Assembly: GCA_963709345.1 (NCBI GenBank)
Contig: CAVPVX010000007.1
Span: 384,001-448,000 of the forward strand
Origin: an uncultured Actinomycetes bacterium
GTDB lineage: Bacteria > Actinomycetota > Thermoleophilia > UBA2241
Reading direction: 5' to 3'
DNA length: 64,000 bases
Shown here piece by piece: positions 48,003-58,201 of this stretch; position 1 is the first letter of the stretch; each line of letters begins with the position of its first letter. Made by a program: the position numbers and the translations under genes. Below the pieces are notes generated by a model, which was given only the letters and a program-made list of their open reading frames with translations, ran no database searches and had not been told where the DNA came from.

Positions 48003-48638
48003 TCAACCAGCCGAAGCGGTCCTCGTCCTCACCCAGGCGGCAAGTTGCTCTTCGCTCAGCTCACCAGCAGCCAGGCCCAGCATCACCGTGACGACCTCGC
48101 CCTCGTCTGCCTCCAGTTCCACTCCGTTGAGCTCCAGGAACACGGCCATGGTGATGAAGGCGATGCGCTTGTTGCCGTCTTGGAACAGATGCCCGGTCAC
48201 GAGGCCGTGACCGTGGGCTGCCGCCAGCTCGGCGAGGTCGGCGTCAGGCCGGTAGGCTCTGCGCTGCAGGGGCCGGGCCAAGGCCGCCTCGAGCCCGTGC
48301 TCGTTGCGCAGGCCGGGCATGCCGCCTTGCTCGCGGATGAGGTCGAACTGCACCGCCTCCACGACCAGGCGGTCGATCCAGCGCGGCGCTTCGCCTCGCG
48401 GCTCCACCGGCTGCTTGGCCAGTTCTCGCAGGGCGCTGCGGTAGCGCCCTGCCACCTTGCCGGCGATGGCGAGCGCCTCCTCGACCGCAGGGTCGTAGGG
48501 CGTGAGCAGGATGCCGCGCTCGGTCTCGGCGGCGAGCACCGTGTCGCCCGCCGCGAGGTGCAGGCGCTCGGCCATGTCCTTGGGGAGCGTGGCGCTGATC
48601 GAGCCGCCGGCCTGGCGGAGCTTCAGTCCGCGGGTCAT
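48003..48638 (-). CDS. AbrB/MazE-type antitoxin fused in frame to Doc/Fic toxin (cassette 5, truncated)
   Basis: LRQAGGSISATLPK..LTPYDP..ALRELAK then Doc-like GG.PGLR..LEAALARP..HLFQDGNKR. Confidence 0.8.
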   Translation of the reverse strand: MTRGLKLRQAGGSISATLPKDMAERLHLAAGDTVLAAETERGILLTPYDPAVEEALAIAGKVAGRYRSALRELAKQPVEPRGEAPRWIDRLVVEAVQFDLIREQGGMPGLRNEHGLEAALARPLQRRAYRPDADLAELAAAHGHGLVTGHLFQDGNKRIAFITMAVFLELNGVELEADEGEVVTVMLGLAAGELSEEQLAAWVRTRTASAG

Positions 48639-49194
48639 GGTGCTGAACAGGCTCAACATGATCATCGGCGCCTTCTTCAGCGAGTGCGGCACCGACCTCC
48701 TCGGACGCATCGCGCAGCTGGACTCGCGACTCGGTGAGGTGAGAGGCGACCTCGTGGCGACGTCCGCGTGGCGGCCCGCTGCCTGCGCGCGCGCCAAACG
48801 CGCCTTTCGTGCGCACGCACCGGTCATCGATCTGAGTGCCGACGACCTTACCGGCCTGCGTGACCGCCTCGACGGCGAGAAGTCCTACCTGCTCGGTCTG
48901 ATCGGCAACCAGGCGTTGCTGGAGCACGAGACGTTCACGGACCTGCTTTGGGCCGTGACCCACGTGGCCGAGGAGCTGGAGGCGCGGGACGACCTCGAGA
49001 CACTGCCGGCGGCCGATGCCGAACACCTCGCCGGCGACGTCGAACGAGTCTACACGCTGCTCGGCGTGCAGTGGCTCGACTACCTGCGCCACCTGCAGAC
49101 GCAGTACCCGTTCCTGTTCTCGTTGGCCGTGCGGACCGATCCGCTGGACCCCGATGCCAGCGTGACCGTCTCCGGTGAGGCCGCACTCCCGTAG
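48637..49194 (+). pseudogene. Probably 5'-truncated hypothetical protein
   Basis: LNMIIGAFFSE.G, LLEHETFTDLLWAV.H..EEL, YPFLFSLAVR; begins abruptly on the antitoxin ATG with no RBS or promoter space. Confidence 0.55.
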
Positions 49195-49206
49195 GGAGGT
49201 CCTGCG

Positions 49207-49429
49207 GTGGTCGGGCTGCTCACACTGCTCGTGATCCCGCCGAAAGCGCCGATGCCCGCCAAGTCGGCGAAGATGAAGGGCAAGCCGGCAGGCCGCGTCC
49301 GCCTACGGCGTCATGGGTGTGCCCTATCTCGCAGTCATCGAGGGCGGGAAGCTCGTCTCGGCGACGTCCGGCGTACGGCGCGAAGCGACGATCACGGGCT
49401 TCCCGCCCGGGAGCGCTCACGGCGCCTGA
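49207..49429 (+). pseudogene. Internally deleted copy of the thioredoxin-like gene at 43025-43444
   Basis: 42 of 43 nt identical to 43309-43351; upstream KMKGKPA matches RMRGKPA; the CxxC region is missing. Confidence 0.8.
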
Positions 49430-49453
49430 CCGGTCGCTCGGGTCGCCACGCTC

Positions 49454-50695
49454 TCACAGCCCGACCTGCAGCCTCCGCTCGCCGTCTGGGGGCGTCGCCG
49501 TCGCGGGCCCGCCACCCGGCTTCGCGCGGCCCAGGAGCAACTGCGCCGCGAACGGGAAGATGAGGGCGGAGACCATGCCGGCCGCGATCAGCGCTTCGCC
49601 GCCCTTGGGCGTGATCAGCTGGAGGCTGTCACCGACGCTGACCGCGACCACGATGAACGAGAGGTTGGTCGCCTGCAGCAGGCCGGCCGCGAGCAGCTCA
49701 TGCCGGCTCAGGTACTTGCGGTAGAGCAGAGCCGGCAGCCCGCGGGCCGCGAGCAGTACCAGGACGAGGACGAGGACGGTCCCGATCTCGTACCAGCCGA
49801 ACAGCCGGCTGACCTGGAAGCTCATGCCGCTGGCGACGAAGAACACCGGGACGAACACACCGAAGCCCACCGCGTCGAGCTTGCTGCGCAGCCCCTCTTC
49901 GTCGTGCCACGTACGCACGATGGCGCCCAGGATACCGCCGGCCAGAAAGGCACCGAGCACCGCCTCGAAGCCGACGCCCACGGCGAGCACCACGGAGGCG
50001 AAGAGCACGGCGACGGCGAGCCGCACACGTATCTGTGACGACGACCGGTCGAGCCGCGCGAACACATCACGGGCCGAACGGGAGCGGGAGAAGCGGGCGA
50101 GGCCGAACAGGAGGCCGACGCTCGCCACCGCGATGAGCAGCAGCGTCGCCGCGTCCGTCCACACCGAGGCGTCGGGCTTGGCGAAGAAGAGGCCGAGCAG
50201 CACGATCGTGCCGAACTCGGCCACCGTGCCGCCGGCCACCGCAAAGCGACCGAGCTCGCTCTGCAGACGACCCGAGTCACGCAATATGGGGATTATGATG
50301 CCGACGGAGGTGGCCGAGAGCGCCACGGCGACGAGCAGAGGCGTGAGCACCAGGCTCTCGGCGGAGAAGACGAGCTCCACCCCGAGGGCGATGACCAGTG
50401 TGAGCCCGAAGCCGATCGCTCCAAGAACCAGCGGCGGTCCCTTGAGCGAGTCGAGGTCGAGTTCCATGCCGGCGAGGAAGAGGAGAAAGACCACACCGAT
50501 CTCGCTGAGCACCTCCACAGGGGCGTCGATCTTGACCAAGCCAAGTACGAAGGGCCCGAGGACGATGCCGGCGATCAGCTCAGCGACCGCCGGGGGAATG
50601 CGCACCTTGGGAAACAGCCCGAGGATGTAGGGGACCGCGAACGCGGCCGCGCCGACGATCGCCAGGTTCACCAGAGTCGTCTGCGTGCCCTCCAT
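49454..50695 (-). CDS. Cation:proton antiporter (CPA2 family)
   Basis: GIVLGP, FLLFLAGMELD, LSATSVGII, LGAFLAG, FVPVFF. Confidence 0.88.
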   Translation of the reverse strand: MEGTQTTLVNLAIVGAAAFAVPYILGLFPKVRIPPAVAELIAGIVLGPFVLGLVKIDAPVEVLSEIGVVFLLFLAGMELDLDSLKGPPLVLGAIGFGLTLVIALGVELVFSAESLVLTPLLVAVALSATSVGIIIPILRDSGRLQSELGRFAVAGGTVAEFGTIVLLGLFFAKPDASVWTDAATLLLIAVASVGLLFGLARFSRSRSARDVFARLDRSSSQIRVRLAVAVLFASVVLAVGVGFEAVLGAFLAGGILGAIVRTWHDEEGLRSKLDAVGFGVFVPVFFVASGMSFQVSRLFGWYEIGTVLVLVLVLLAARGLPALLYRKYLSRHELLAAGLLQATNLSFIVVAVSVGDSLQLITPKGGEALIAAGMVSALIFPFAAQLLLGRAKPGGGPATATPPDGERRLQVGL

Positions 50696-50909
50696 CTCAG
50701 CCTCCATCGCGATCTCGGCCGCCGCCACGGACACGCTCCGTACTGTCGGCAACGAGCCGGTCTGACTCAAGCGGGCCGATGTCTGCCCTGCGACCCGGCG
50801 CCCGTGCTTCCGCCGCAACGGCGCGACTTGCAGCCGGGACAGGATCCATCATAGTATGCAATTGTATTATTTGAACCTTCCGTTTCATGCAATCAACTGA
50901 GGTGACTCC

Positions 50910-51626
50910 ATGACGCAGCCGGAGACCGTGCCCGCCTTGCTCGCCGAGCTTGAGGGCGCCTCCGCCGAACATGTGCTCGCCGACGCCGCCAAACGCTTCG
51001 CTGGGCGCGTGGCCTTCGCCTCCTCCCTGGGGCTTGAGGATCAGGTCCTCACACACATGATCGCCGAGGCCGAGCTTGAGATCCCGATCTTCACACTCGA
51101 CACCGGTCGCCTCTACCCCGAGACCTACGACCTCATCGACCGCACCAGCAAGCGGTACGGCCTGCGGATCGACGTGCACTTCCCCGACGCTGCCGAGGTC
51201 GAGGAGATGGTGGCGCAGAACGGCATCAACCTCTTCCGAGACAGCATCGAGGCGCGCAAGCTCTGTTGCGGCCTGCGCAAGGTGAAGCCGCTGCGGCGCG
51301 CCCAGGCGGAGCTCGACGCCTGGATCTGCGGTCTGCGCAGCGGCCAGGGCGCAACGCGCCAGAAGGTCGAGCCGGCCGAGTGGGACGACGGCGCCGGCAT
51401 CGTCAAGATCAACCCGCTGGCAGCTTGGGACGAAGCGGGCGTATGGGACTACGTCCGCGCCCACGACGTGCCCTACAACCCGCTGCACGACGCCGGCTTC
51501 CCGAGCATCGGCTGCGCGCCCTGCACGCGTGCCGTCCCCGAGGGCGAGGACGCGCGCTCCGGGCGCTGGTGGTGGGAGAGCGCCGAGCACCGCGAGTGCG
51601 GACTGCATCACAGGAGCGCCTCATGA
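50910..51626 (+). CDS. cysH: APS/PAPS reductase ([4Fe-4S] type)
   Basis: [37 protein letters not shown]. Confidence 0.93.
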   Translation: MTQPETVPALLAELEGASAEHVLADAAKRFAGRVAFASSLGLEDQVLTHMIAEAELEIPIFTLDTGRLYPETYDLIDRTSKRYGLRIDVHFPDAAEVEEMVAQNGINLFRDSIEARKLCCGLRKVKPLRRAQAELDAWICGLRSGQGATRQKVEPAEWDDGAGIVKINPLAAWDEAGVWDYVRAHDVPYNPLHDAGFPSIGCAPCTRAVPEGEDARSGRWWWESAEHRECGLHHRSAS

Positions 51627-52504
51627 ACCAGATCGAGACCCTCGAAGCCAAGAGCGTCCACATCCTGCGCGAGGCGTACCGCTCGCTCGGCAACGTCTGC
51701 ATGCTCTGGTCGATCGGCAAAGACAGCACCGTGCTCCTGCACCTCGCGCGCAAGGCCTTCTTCGGCCACGTGCCGATCCCGCTGGTCCACATCGACACGG
51801 CCTACAAGATGCCGGAGATGATCGAGTACCGTGACAGGCTGGCGCTCGAGTGGCGCCTCAACCTGGTGGTCGGCCAGAACCGCAAGGCGCTCGAGGAGAA
51901 GGCGACCTTCCCCGACGGCAACGTCGACCGCATCACCTGCTGCCGCAACCTCAAGACGATGGCGCTCAAGCACACCCTCTCAGGCGAGTGGCCGCGGCTG
52001 CGCATGGACCACACACTCGGCAAGCTCGTCGAGGACGAGGATCTCTCACCGTACACCGGCGTGATCGTCGGCGTGCGCGCGGACGAAGAGGGTTCGCGCT
52101 CCAAGGAGCGCTACTTCTCGCCACGCGACGTGGAGAACGACTGGAACGTCGATGACCAGCCGCCGGAGCTCTGGCGGTACTTCAAGACCGACTTCGAGCC
52201 CGGCACGCACGTGCGCGTACACCCGCTGCTCGACTGGACCGAGCTCAACGTGTGGGAGTACATCGAGCGCGAGAGCATCCCGGTGACGTCGCTCTACTTC
52301 GACGACGGCACCGGCACCCGCTGCCGCTCCCTGGGCTGCGAGCCGTGCACGACTCCAGTGCAGTCGACGGCGACCAACGTCGCCGAGATCATCGAAGAGC
52401 TGCGCACCGGCAAGTTCAGCAACATCGCCGAGCGCAGCGGCCGCGCCCAGGACAAGGACGACGGCGGTGGCCTGGAGTCACTGCGTCGCGGGGGGTACAT
52501 GTGA
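51623..52504 (+). CDS. cysD: Sulfate adenylyltransferase subunit 2
   Basis: [45 protein letters not shown]. Confidence 0.95.
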   Translation: MNQIETLEAKSVHILREAYRSLGNVCMLWSIGKDSTVLLHLARKAFFGHVPIPLVHIDTAYKMPEMIEYRDRLALEWRLNLVVGQNRKALEEKATFPDGNVDRITCCRNLKTMALKHTLSGEWPRLRMDHTLGKLVEDEDLSPYTGVIVGVRADEEGSRSKERYFSPRDVENDWNVDDQPPELWRYFKTDFEPGTHVRVHPLLDWTELNVWEYIERESIPVTSLYFDDGTGTRCRSLGCEPCTTPVQSTATNVAEIIEELRTGKFSNIAERSGRAQDKDDGGGLESLRRGGYM

Positions 52505-54315
52505 TCCCGTCAGCCGAGAACATCCCCGCAGGGAAGCCGGCACCGGTCTTCGTCTCTCCCGACCTGGAGCGCATGGACATCGTCGCCGTCGGTCACGTCG
52601 ACCACGGCAAGAGCACCGTCATCGGCCGGCTCATGGCCGACACCGGGTCGCTGCCCGACGGCAAGCTCGACCAGGTCAAGGCGATGTGCAAGATCAACGC
52701 CCGCCCGTTCGAGTACGCCTTCCTGCTCGACGCGCTCAAGAACGAGCAGGCGCAGGGCATCACCATCGACACGGCGCGCTGCTTCTTCAACACACCCAAG
52801 CGCCACTACATCATCCACGACGCCCCCGGCCACGTGGAGTTCCTCAAGAACATGATCACCGGCGCCTCGCGCGCCCAGGCCGCGCTGCTCGTGATCGACG
52901 CCAAGGAGGGGGTGCGCGAGAACTCCAAGCGCCACGGCTACATCCTCTCGATGCTCGGCATCCGCCAGATCTCGGTGCTGGTCAACAAGATGGACCTGCT
53001 GGACTGGGACCAGGCGGCGTTCGATGCGATCAGGCACGAGTACGCCGACTTCCTCGGCCGCCTCGGCGTACACCCGCTCAGCTTCGTCCCGGTCAGCGCG
53101 CGCGACGGCGCCAACATCGTGCACAGGGCCGTCGAGGCGCCGTGGTACGACGGCCCCACCGTGCTTGAGCAGGTCGAGGACTTCAAGCGTCTCGACGACG
53201 ACCTCGACAGGCCGTTCCGCATGCCGCTCCAGGACGTCTACAAGTTCACCGCGGCGGGCGACGACCGGCGCATCTTCGTCGGCACCGTCGAGACCGGCCG
53301 CATCCGGCCCGGCGACAACGTCGTCTTCTTGCCGTCGGGCAAACACTCGACGGTGAGGACGATCGAGGCCCTCTCCGGGCCACGACCGGACGAAGCGTAT
53401 TCCGGCCAGGCAGCGGGCCTGACCCTCGACACGCAGGTCTACGCGAAGCCGGGCGAGATGATGGTCCGCGCCGACGAGCCCGCGCCGTTGATCGCCACAC
53501 GCCTGCGCGCCAACGTCTTCTGGATGGGGACGGCGCCGCTGATCCGCGGCCGGCGCTACGTGCTGCGCATGGGCGCCGCCCGCGTGCCCGTCGAGCTCGA
53601 GTCCGTGATGAGCGTGCTCGACGAGCAGGAACTGCAGTCGGTGACCGGCGCGGCGCAAGTCGAGCGCCACGCCGTCGCCGAGGTGATCTTCCGCGCCACG
53701 CGCCCGGTGGCCTTCGACGCCGCCGACACGCTCGAGCCGACCTCGCGCTTCGTGATCGTCCACGGCTGGGACACGGCCGGCTGCGGCATCGCCCTCGAGG
53801 CGCTGCCCGAGGCGGCCGCGAGCGGCGAGGGAGAGCGGCGCTTCGGCGGCGGCGATGTGACCGAAGAGCAGCGCGCCGCGCGCTACGGCCACGGCGGCAA
53901 GGCGATCGTCTTCGTCGGCGAGTCCGGCGCGGACGCGCGCGACGTCGCCGCGGCACTCGAGCGCCGCGCGTTCGACCGCGGCGTGCACTCGTACTGCCTC
54001 ACCGCCACGGACCTGGGTGAGGACGAGGACGTCCTCGGCCGCGACGCGCAGCTCGGCCGCCTCGGCGAGATCGCCTGGGCGATGACCGACGCCGGCATCG
54101 TCCTGGTGGCGGCCCTCGGCGACATGGACCGCTTCGACCTCGAGCGCCTGCGCACTCTGGCCGCGCCGCACGAGGTCTTCGTGATCGGGCGCGGCGACGG
54201 CGGCGACCTCGGCGCGGACCTGGATCTGCCCGCCGGCCTGGGCGTCGAGGCGGCGGCGGAGGAGGCGCTCCGCGCCCTGACCACCGCCGGCGTGCTGCCG
54301 CAGCCCGGGCGCTAG
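52501..54315 (+). CDS. cysN: Sulfate adenylyltransferase subunit 1 with degenerate APS-kinase-like C-terminus
   Basis: [23 protein letters not shown]; C-terminal domain lacks the P-loop GKS. Confidence 0.9.
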   Translation: MIPSAENIPAGKPAPVFVSPDLERMDIVAVGHVDHGKSTVIGRLMADTGSLPDGKLDQVKAMCKINARPFEYAFLLDALKNEQAQGITIDTARCFFNTPKRHYIIHDAPGHVEFLKNMITGASRAQAALLVIDAKEGVRENSKRHGYILSMLGIRQISVLVNKMDLLDWDQAAFDAIRHEYADFLGRLGVHPLSFVPVSARDGANIVHRAVEAPWYDGPTVLEQVEDFKRLDDDLDRPFRMPLQDVYKFTAAGDDRRIFVGTVETGRIRPGDNVVFLPSGKHSTVRTIEALSGPRPDEAYSGQAAGLTLDTQVYAKPGEMMVRADEPAPLIATRLRANVFWMGTAPLIRGRRYVLRMGAARVPVELESVMSVLDEQELQSVTGAAQVERHAVAEVIFRATRPVAFDAADTLEPTSRFVIVHGWDTAGCGIALEALPEAAASGEGERRFGGGDVTEEQRAARYGHGGKAIVFVGESGADARDVAAALERRAFDRGVHSYCLTATDLGEDEDVLGRDAQLGRLGEIAWAMTDAGIVLVAALGDMDRFDLERLRTLAAPHEVFVIGRGDGGDLGADLDLPAGLGVEAAAEEALRALTTAGVLPQPGR

Positions 54316-54467
54316 AGCGCGACGACTTCACCGTCCGCGTCGAGCGGCCAGCCGGCTGGATACCGCCGGCTGGCCGCAGAACGTGCCCTGACTCAGGTCA
54401 CCACACGACGTCGTGGCCGGCGGCGAGAGGTGCGCATCGGCGCCCTCTCCCGCTCGCCACGTTATCG

Positions 54468-56022
54468 TCAGGGACGCATGGCGTCGTACATGATCGTCAG
54501 CAGCTCGGGAGTCGTGTACGGCCTCCAGCTATGCCCGCCGTTCGGCCCGTACCAGAACTCCGCGTTCGCGAGGGGGTCTGTTCTCCTCGAAGAAGATGCG
54601 AAGGTCCATGGGCCGCCATGCCTCGGCCACGGTCTTGTCGATCTGCCCGGTGACCTTGTCCCAGATCGGAGCAGGGTAGCCGTCCGGCCCCTGCGGGCCG
54701 TAGACGGCCTGCCAGATGTCCCACTGGCCCCACCCTGAGCGCCCGTGTGTGCCCAGGGCCAGCTCGAAATGGTTCTCCTGCGCCATCGTCAACCGGACGT
54801 CCCCAGATATGTCTCTCGAGGCCGGCCTCGGCACATCCACCCAGTCGCTCTGAGTGAAGTACGCGTTCTCGTCCTCGTACACGTTGATGAGCTGGTGGAA
54901 CCTGAAGTCCACCGAGTCCGGCGCGAACGCCCACGTCCCCTGGTACATGTCCGGGTAGAACGCCATCTGGGCGAGTGCCTCCCACCCGCCGGTGGAGCCC
55001 CCGGTGAGGGTCCGTGCCCAGCGCTCCGGGATGATCCGGAAGGCGGCCTCTATGGCCGGGATCAGCTCCTGCGTGATGGCGTCCCCATACGGCCCCAGGT
55101 TCGCCGAGTTCACCGCATAGGAGTCGTCGTAGTACGGGTTCTCGTGGCGGATGGTGATCGCCATCATCCGCGGCGTCTCCTCCGCGACCCACCACGCGGA
55201 GAAGCTGTTGCTCAGATCCTCCTTGAACCCGAACGGATTGCTGAACGGGAAGTGGCCGTGAGAGTAGACCACCGGGTAGTTGGTGATGGAGCTGTCGTAG
55301 CCCTCGGGCAGGAGGATGTTCGCCCCGATGTACATCGGCGTCCCCCAGAAGGCTGTCAGCAGATCGCTCTGGATCTTGATGTGCTTCACGTGAGCGGAAT
55401 CGCTCGGGTTGCCCTGCTGGGTCGTGCCACCCGGCGGCACCGGGTCGGCCGGCTCGATGACCTGGTCGAGGAGGAGCTTGACGGTCATCGCACGCGCAGG
55501 ATTGAGGCGGACCTTGATCACCTTGCTGTACAGGTTGCCCGGCGAGCTGAACGGGTCCTGACCATCGCCGCCCGGCATGTGGAGCCGCACGGTCGAGCCG
55601 TCGGAGCGCTCGAACTTCGTGTAGACGTTGAAGAACGCCTGCACGTAGTACACCCCCGCAGGGATCTTGCGGATCGACGTCAGTGGATAGCCATAGACGT
55701 TCGCCCCACGTGACATCGTCACCGTACGGCCCGGCCGGACTGTGAAGACGTCCATCCCGAAGAAGGGCACTCCGGTCGTGTCGATCTGGAAGCGCGGCTC
55801 GGATTCGCCGTCCTTGGTGATGATGACGTAGGCGCGTCCAGTGACCCGGGCGCTGACAGCGCTCTTCGCAACCTTGATCTGGAACCCCAGGGTCCCCTGC
55901 TTCGAATCCTTGAGCCCCGCCGCGGGCTCCGCCGGCCTCCTGGCGCCGGCGCCGCCGGCCAGGCCGGCGAACACGGCGAGGACCGCCGCCACGGCGACGA
56001 CCACGAACAACCGCCTTCTCAT
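54468..56022 (-). pseudogene. Secreted alpha/beta-hydrolase (esterase-like) with frame break near the C-terminus
   Basis: Signal peptide, GGSTGGW nucleophile elbow; a GHSW-containing tail continues in another frame to TGA at 54468. Confidence 0.65.
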
Positions 56023-56318
56023 GATGCACTCCCTTCGCTCTCCTGGATGGACGACGCGCCGGTCGTACGCCGGATCGCGGCAGGTGCCCCCCGCGCGAAC
56101 GTACCACTCGTTCGTTTTCTGTCAGGAGGGTCCAGCTCTGCCAACAGGGCGAGCGACGCGATCTGCCCCCATGTGCGCCCGGTATCTGACCGCCGCAGGC
56201 AGCCTGATGGGACCGCCGCCCGGCCGCTCGGCCGCTCGCGCACGTGCGCGCAGGCGGGCGGCGGGGAACACTCTGGTCGGGGCGCGCCGTGCCCACCGCG
56301 CCGCACGAACGGGGGATC

Positions 56319-57665
56319 ATGGACGACCGGCTCGTTCACTACAACCGCTACGCCTGGAGAGGCGTCGTCCTGCGCGGCCCCGGCGCCGGCGTCTCGCGCC
56401 TGGCGACGACGGCGCTGCGCCGTTGGCTGGTCGGTGCCGAGCAGAGCTGGGCCTTCTCCCCGCCGACGCCGGCCTGGCGGCCGCCGCGGGTCGCCCGCAC
56501 GTCCCTCTACCTGCACGTCCCCTTCTGCCGCAACGCCTGCCCGTACTGCCCGTACACAAAGCTGCCGTACGACCCCCGCCTCGTCCCGACGTACGAGCGA
56601 GCCGCCCTCACGGAGGTCGACTGGTGGGCCGGGGCGATCGGCCCCGCGGAGGTGACCAGCATCTACATCGGCGGCGGGACGCCGACCCTGGCGCTGGAGA
56701 GCGTGGCGCGCGTCCTCACGCGGATGCGCGCCCGCTTCCGGGTCACCGGCGACATCTGCGTCGAGACCAGCCCGCCGGAGGTGGACGCCATGCTCGTCAC
56801 GCGACTCCACGAAGCCGGCGTCGACATGGTGTCGCTCGGCGTGCAATCGTTCCAGGCAGCGCGCCTGTTGGCCGCCGGCCGCCGGTACACCCCCGAAGTC
56901 GCAGCCGATGCCCTCGCGCGCCTCGCGGCGGGCGGCTTCGCCGCGGTCAACGCCGATATCATGTTCGCCCTGCCCGGCCAGACCGCCGCCGACGTCGTCG
57001 CCGACCTGGAGCGCGCCGACCGCTTGGGTGCCGACCAGGTCACCGCCTACCCCCTCTTCACGTTCCCATACTCGGAGGTGGGCGAGTACCTGCGACTCTC
57101 GGGCGTCGGGATGCCCCGCCTCGCGATCCGGCGGGAGCACTATCGGGCGATCACGAGGTGGGCTCGCGAGGCGGGCTTCGAGCGCGTGTCGGTCTGGGGC
57201 TTCCGCCGCGGCGACGCACCGCGCTACTCATCCGTCACGCGCGACGGCTACATCGGTATCGGCCCCGGCGCAGGCTCGCACCTGCCGGACGGTTTCACCC
57301 TGAACACGTTCGACCTCGACGCCTGGGAGGGCGCCGTCGCCGCCGGCCGTTCGCCGATCGCTCTGCGCCTCCCGTTCGCCGCGCAGATGAGCGGCTGGTG
57401 GTGGCTCTACTGGCGCTTCTACGATACGCGCATCCCACTGGCGGTCCTGGACGAGCAACTCGGTCCGGATGCGGCAAAGGCGCGCCGGTGGCTTCGCGGT
57501 ATCGCCGCCGTCGGCCTCGCCCGGTTAGACGACGGCGACATCACGCTCACCGACGCCGGTGCCTTCTGGCTGCACCTGGCACAGAACCACTTCGCGCTCG
57601 CCTCCGTGGACAGGCTGTGGGCCGCCGGCCGCCGGGAGCCGTGGCCGCTCGAGGTACGCGTGTGA
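56319..57665 (+). CDS. Radical SAM protein, HemN/HemW-like
   Basis: LYLHVPFCRNACPYC, YIGGGTPT, SLGVQSF. Confidence 0.88.
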   Translation: MDDRLVHYNRYAWRGVVLRGPGAGVSRLATTALRRWLVGAEQSWAFSPPTPAWRPPRVARTSLYLHVPFCRNACPYCPYTKLPYDPRLVPTYERAALTEVDWWAGAIGPAEVTSIYIGGGTPTLALESVARVLTRMRARFRVTGDICVETSPPEVDAMLVTRLHEAGVDMVSLGVQSFQAARLLAAGRRYTPEVAADALARLAAGGFAAVNADIMFALPGQTAADVVADLERADRLGADQVTAYPLFTFPYSEVGEYLRLSGVGMPRLAIRREHYRAITRWAREAGFERVSVWGFRRGDAPRYSSVTRDGYIGIGPGAGSHLPDGFTLNTFDLDAWEGAVAAGRSPIALRLPFAAQMSGWWWLYWRFYDTRIPLAVLDEQLGPDAAKARRWLRGIAAVGLARLDDGDITLTDAGAFWLHLAQNHFALASVDRLWAAGRREPWPLEVRV

Positions 57666-57842
57666 CCACAGGCGGCGCGGGACTTCCTTGACAAGATGAT
57701 GTAGACTGCACGCACGGGTCAGAATGAGACCCGAGGTTTGGCGGCGTGACCACTTGCTTCTCCGCCGGCACAAGCAGCGGAATAAGGCAAATGGTCACGC
57801 CGCTTTGTTTAAGCCCCCAGGGGCTGGAAAAGGATGCGTCAG

Positions 57843-58046
57843 ATGGCAGAAGGCACAGTCAAGTGGTTCAACGCGGCTAAGGGTTACGGCTTCATCTCCC
57901 GTGAAGATGGCGACGATCTGTTCGTCCACTTCCGCGAGATCCAGTCCGAGGGCTTCAAGACCCTCGACGAGGGCGACAAGGTCTCCTTCGACGTGACCGA
58001 AGGCCAGAACGGCAAGATGCAGGCGAGCAACGTCCGCAAGGTCTGA
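57843..58046 (+). CDS. csp: Cold-shock protein
   Basis: [26 protein letters not shown]. Confidence 0.96.
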   Translation: MAEGTVKWFNAAKGYGFISREDGDDLFVHFREIQSEGFKTLDEGDKVSFDVTEGQNGKMQASNVRKV

Positions 58047-58069
58047 CGCACGCGCGGGCAGCCGAAGCC

Positions 58070-58108
58070 GCACCGAGGGCGGTCCCGTTTCGGGGCCGCC
58101 CTCGGTGC
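58070..58108 (+). terminator. GC-rich hairpin after csp
   Basis: GCACCGAGGGCGG / CCGCCCTCGGTGC inverted repeat. Confidence 0.65.
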
Positions 58109-58201
58109 GTACGGACATCCCTCCTGGCGCACAGGACCCCCACCGCGGATCGGGCGGTGACGCCGGATCCCGCCATGGACCCCCGCTCACGATGCGCTAG
58201 G

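Larger units (their letters stand above)
44003..48638 (+). mobile_element. Integron, reverse architecture (intI - attI - cassette array on the same strand)
   Basis: IntI, candidate attI, four attC sites with cassette-wise core complementarity. Confidence 0.9.

Noticed and set aside
48650-48700. GCTCAAC as R'' of a fifth attC
   Set aside because: Does not match the cassette 5 start GTTAGCC, has no L-box stem or R', and is explained by Leu-Asn codons
57688-57707. TTGACA plus TAGACT as the csp promoter
   Set aside because: Only 8 nt apart, so they cannot be one -35/-10 pair
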